The notes under the pieces are model-generated. The model was given only the letters and a program-made list of their open reading frames with translations. It had not been told where the DNA came from and made no database searches. The position numbers were made by a program, and so were the translations under genes. Shown here in pieces: positions 27,595-29,170 of a stretch of DNA of 29,170 bases (position 1 is its first letter; every line of letters begins with the position of its first letter). The DNA is from a candidate division WOR-3 bacterium (lineage in GTDB: Bacteria; Hydrothermota; Hydrothermia; LBFQ01), in the NCBI GenBank assembly GCA_027050205.1, contig JALUCS010000109.1, forward strand, positions 1-29,170, given 5' to 3'.

Positions 27595-28116
27595 TCAGGC
27601 TCGTCCCCCACCGGTGAGGGCCAGTCCTATCTCCAGCTTGGAACGGGTCTCCACCCTGAAGCCCTCCTCGGCGAGCTTTTTGGCCACCTTCCGGACGTCT
27701 TCCTCCGGCCCCTCAACCTCCACAAAGGCCATCTGGGTGGCATCGCCGTACCAGACCACATCGTAGGTCAGGACGAGGGGGCCGGCCCCGTACCTCTCCC
27801 TGACGGTGTAGGTCTGGAGTAGGGGAGTCCTGCCCTCCGTCTCCCTCCGCATATCCTCCTCGGAGACCTCGCTCTCCCTCTCCTCCCGGTATATCACCCC
27901 ACCCTCCACCTTCCTATCCCTCTTGTAGGTCCTGACTATCCTACCGTCCCCGTACCTCCTGAACCGTAGGACGGCCCCCTCCCCAGCGTCGTAGTAGGTG
28001 TCGGTGTAGGTCTCCCTCTCCCCGCCCGTTATCGGGTACCCCATCCCCTCAACTATCCTCTTCACCCTCTCCAGGTTCTCCCTGCCGTTTACGTGGAACT
28101 TGGCCTCAATCTCCAT
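27595..28116 (-). CDS. CYTH-domain protein (class IV adenylate cyclase/triphosphatase-like)
   Basis: EIEAK (ExExK), DTYYD, LRFRR, REERE and FVEVE motifs. Confidence 0.88.
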   Translation of the reverse strand: MEIEAKFHVNGRENLERVKRIVEGMGYPITGGERETYTDTYYDAGEGAVLRFRRYGDGRIVRTYKRDRKVEGGVIYREERESEVSEEDMRRETEGRTPLLQTYTVRERYGAGPLVLTYDVVWYGDATQMAFVEVEGPEEDVRKVAKKLAEEGFRVETRSKLEIGLALTGGGRA

Positions 28117-28933
28117 CCGGCTCCACTTCCCTTAGGCGGTGTTTTCCCCTCTCGTCTACGTACATCTCGCCGGCGAAGGCCTCCCTGTCGTGGGGGGTGA
28201 AGAGTACGGCCCTCTCGTTGATGAAGAGGGAGTACCAGTACTTACGGACGAAGAGCATCTCCTCCGGGAAGAGGTCGTAGGCCATCACGTAGGGTAGGGG
28301 GGAGTGGTGGCGGGTGGGCAGGAGGTCCCCCGTGAAAACGAAGAGCCTCTCCGCATCTTTGATGACGACTATCTGGTGGCCGCGGGTGTGTCCCCCCGTA
28401 CGGTGAACGTAAATACCCGGCCACACCTCTTCGCTCCCCGAAACCAACTTCAGGTGGCCCTCAAGGGCCTTCACCCGGTTCTGCGGGTAGCTGGCCCTAC
28501 TCCTCTCGTGGGGATAGAGGGCGTCCGCCCACTCCATAGCCTGTACGACCACGGGGGCGTTGTACCTGAAGCGGCCGTCCGCCGTGGATAGCTCCCCGGC
28601 GTGGTCAAAGTGGAGGTGGGTCTGCACTATTAACGAGACCTCCTCCCTCCCTACAGGGGCGTCTGCGAAGGGGTCCTCCTCAACGACGTCGTATATCTTC
28701 CGGAACTTCTCATCCCAACCCTGACCGAGACCAGCCTCCACCAACACCCAACCCTTCTCCGTTTCTATCAGGAGGGGGTGGGTGGCCATCGGTATGCGGT
28801 TGAGGGGGTCGGGTTGGATGAGCTTGCTCCACAGGACCTTGGGAACGACCCCGAACATAGCCCCGCCGTCCAGGGCGAACTTACCCGAATTCAACTGGTA
28901 TATCTTCACCCTCTTGCCCTTAAAGACCCGCAT
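28106..28933 (-). CDS. Metallo-beta-lactamase-fold hydrolase (YtnP-like)
   Basis: LDGGAMFGVVPKVLW, THLHFDHAG, GGHTRGHQ and GDLLPT motifs. Confidence 0.9.
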   Translation of the reverse strand: MRVFKGKRVKIYQLNSGKFALDGGAMFGVVPKVLWSKLIQPDPLNRIPMATHPLLIETEKGWVLVEAGLGQGWDEKFRKIYDVVEEDPFADAPVGREEVSLIVQTHLHFDHAGELSTADGRFRYNAPVVVQAMEWADALYPHERSRASYPQNRVKALEGHLKLVSGSEEVWPGIYVHRTGGHTRGHQIVVIKDAERLFVFTGDLLPTRHHSPLPYVMAYDLFPEEMLFVRKYWYSLFINERAVLFTPHDREAFAGEMYVDERGKHRLREVEPDGD

Positions 28934-28937
28934 TCTC

Positions 28938-29170
28938 CTATTCTACCTCCGTAGCCCCTCCCCGCTGGATTATGGAGAGGAAAACGTCGTCAAAGGTGTA
29001 GAATCCCCTCTCCTTCCCCATTACGAAGTCTATGGCCATAGGGACGCCGAGGGCCAAGGCCCTCCTGGAGGTCAGGCGGTGGGTCACCTCTATCCTCTCA
29101 CCCTCTCCGAGGAGGAAGACTGTATGCTCCCCGAAGACGTCCCCACCCCTAAGGCTGGCCACCCCCACCT
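28938..29170 (-). CDS. dapB: 4-hydroxy-tetrahydrodipicolinate reductase, C-terminal part (partial)
   Basis: SLRGGDVFGEHTV...GERIEVTH...R...A.G and G.YTFDDV motifs. Runs off the window end. Confidence 0.85.
   Translation of the reverse strand, partial: VGVASLRGGDVFGEHTVFLLGEGERIEVTHRLTSRRALALGVPMAIDFVMGKERGFYTFDDVFLSIIQRGGATEVE

Overview
A GC-rich bacterial window with AGG/ATA-rich codon usage. Gene content and C-terminal sorting-domain proteins suggest a thermophilic FCB-related lineage such as WOR-3/Hydrothermae (inference only). The backbone holds scattered housekeeping genes: truA, a lone V/A-type ATPase subunit A, a UbiA-TPR fusion, rsfS, valS, tRNA-Arg(ACG), tRNA-Ser(TGA), a lone sdhB/frdB, ftcD, asd, tatC, tyrS, an amidase, a CYTH protein, an MBL hydrolase and the 3' end of dapB. 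Four secreted beta-propeller proteins end in a compact T9SS-like C-terminal domain. Two AT-richer accessory regions stand out. (1) At about 6.6-13.3 kb, a two-gene module (small jelly-roll-like protein plus BNR propeller) occurs twice, back to back. The right copy has its small gene expanded into three ~687-bp cassettes, each with its own promoter, near-identical frameworks, a hypervariable segment and patchwork recombination signatures. Mobile debris (ankyrin fragment, IS256 remnant, truncated methyltransferase) lies between the two modules. (2) At about 15.7-18.5 kb, an HPPY-type DNA methyltransferase and an EVE/PUA-like PD-(D/E)XK nuclease are bracketed by a ~255-bp duplication of the valS 5' end. 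Across the window, first-in-unit genes have a TANAAT box 6-11 nt before the start codon (leaderless-type), and secreted-looking proteins have unusually short N-terminal hydrophobic leaders.
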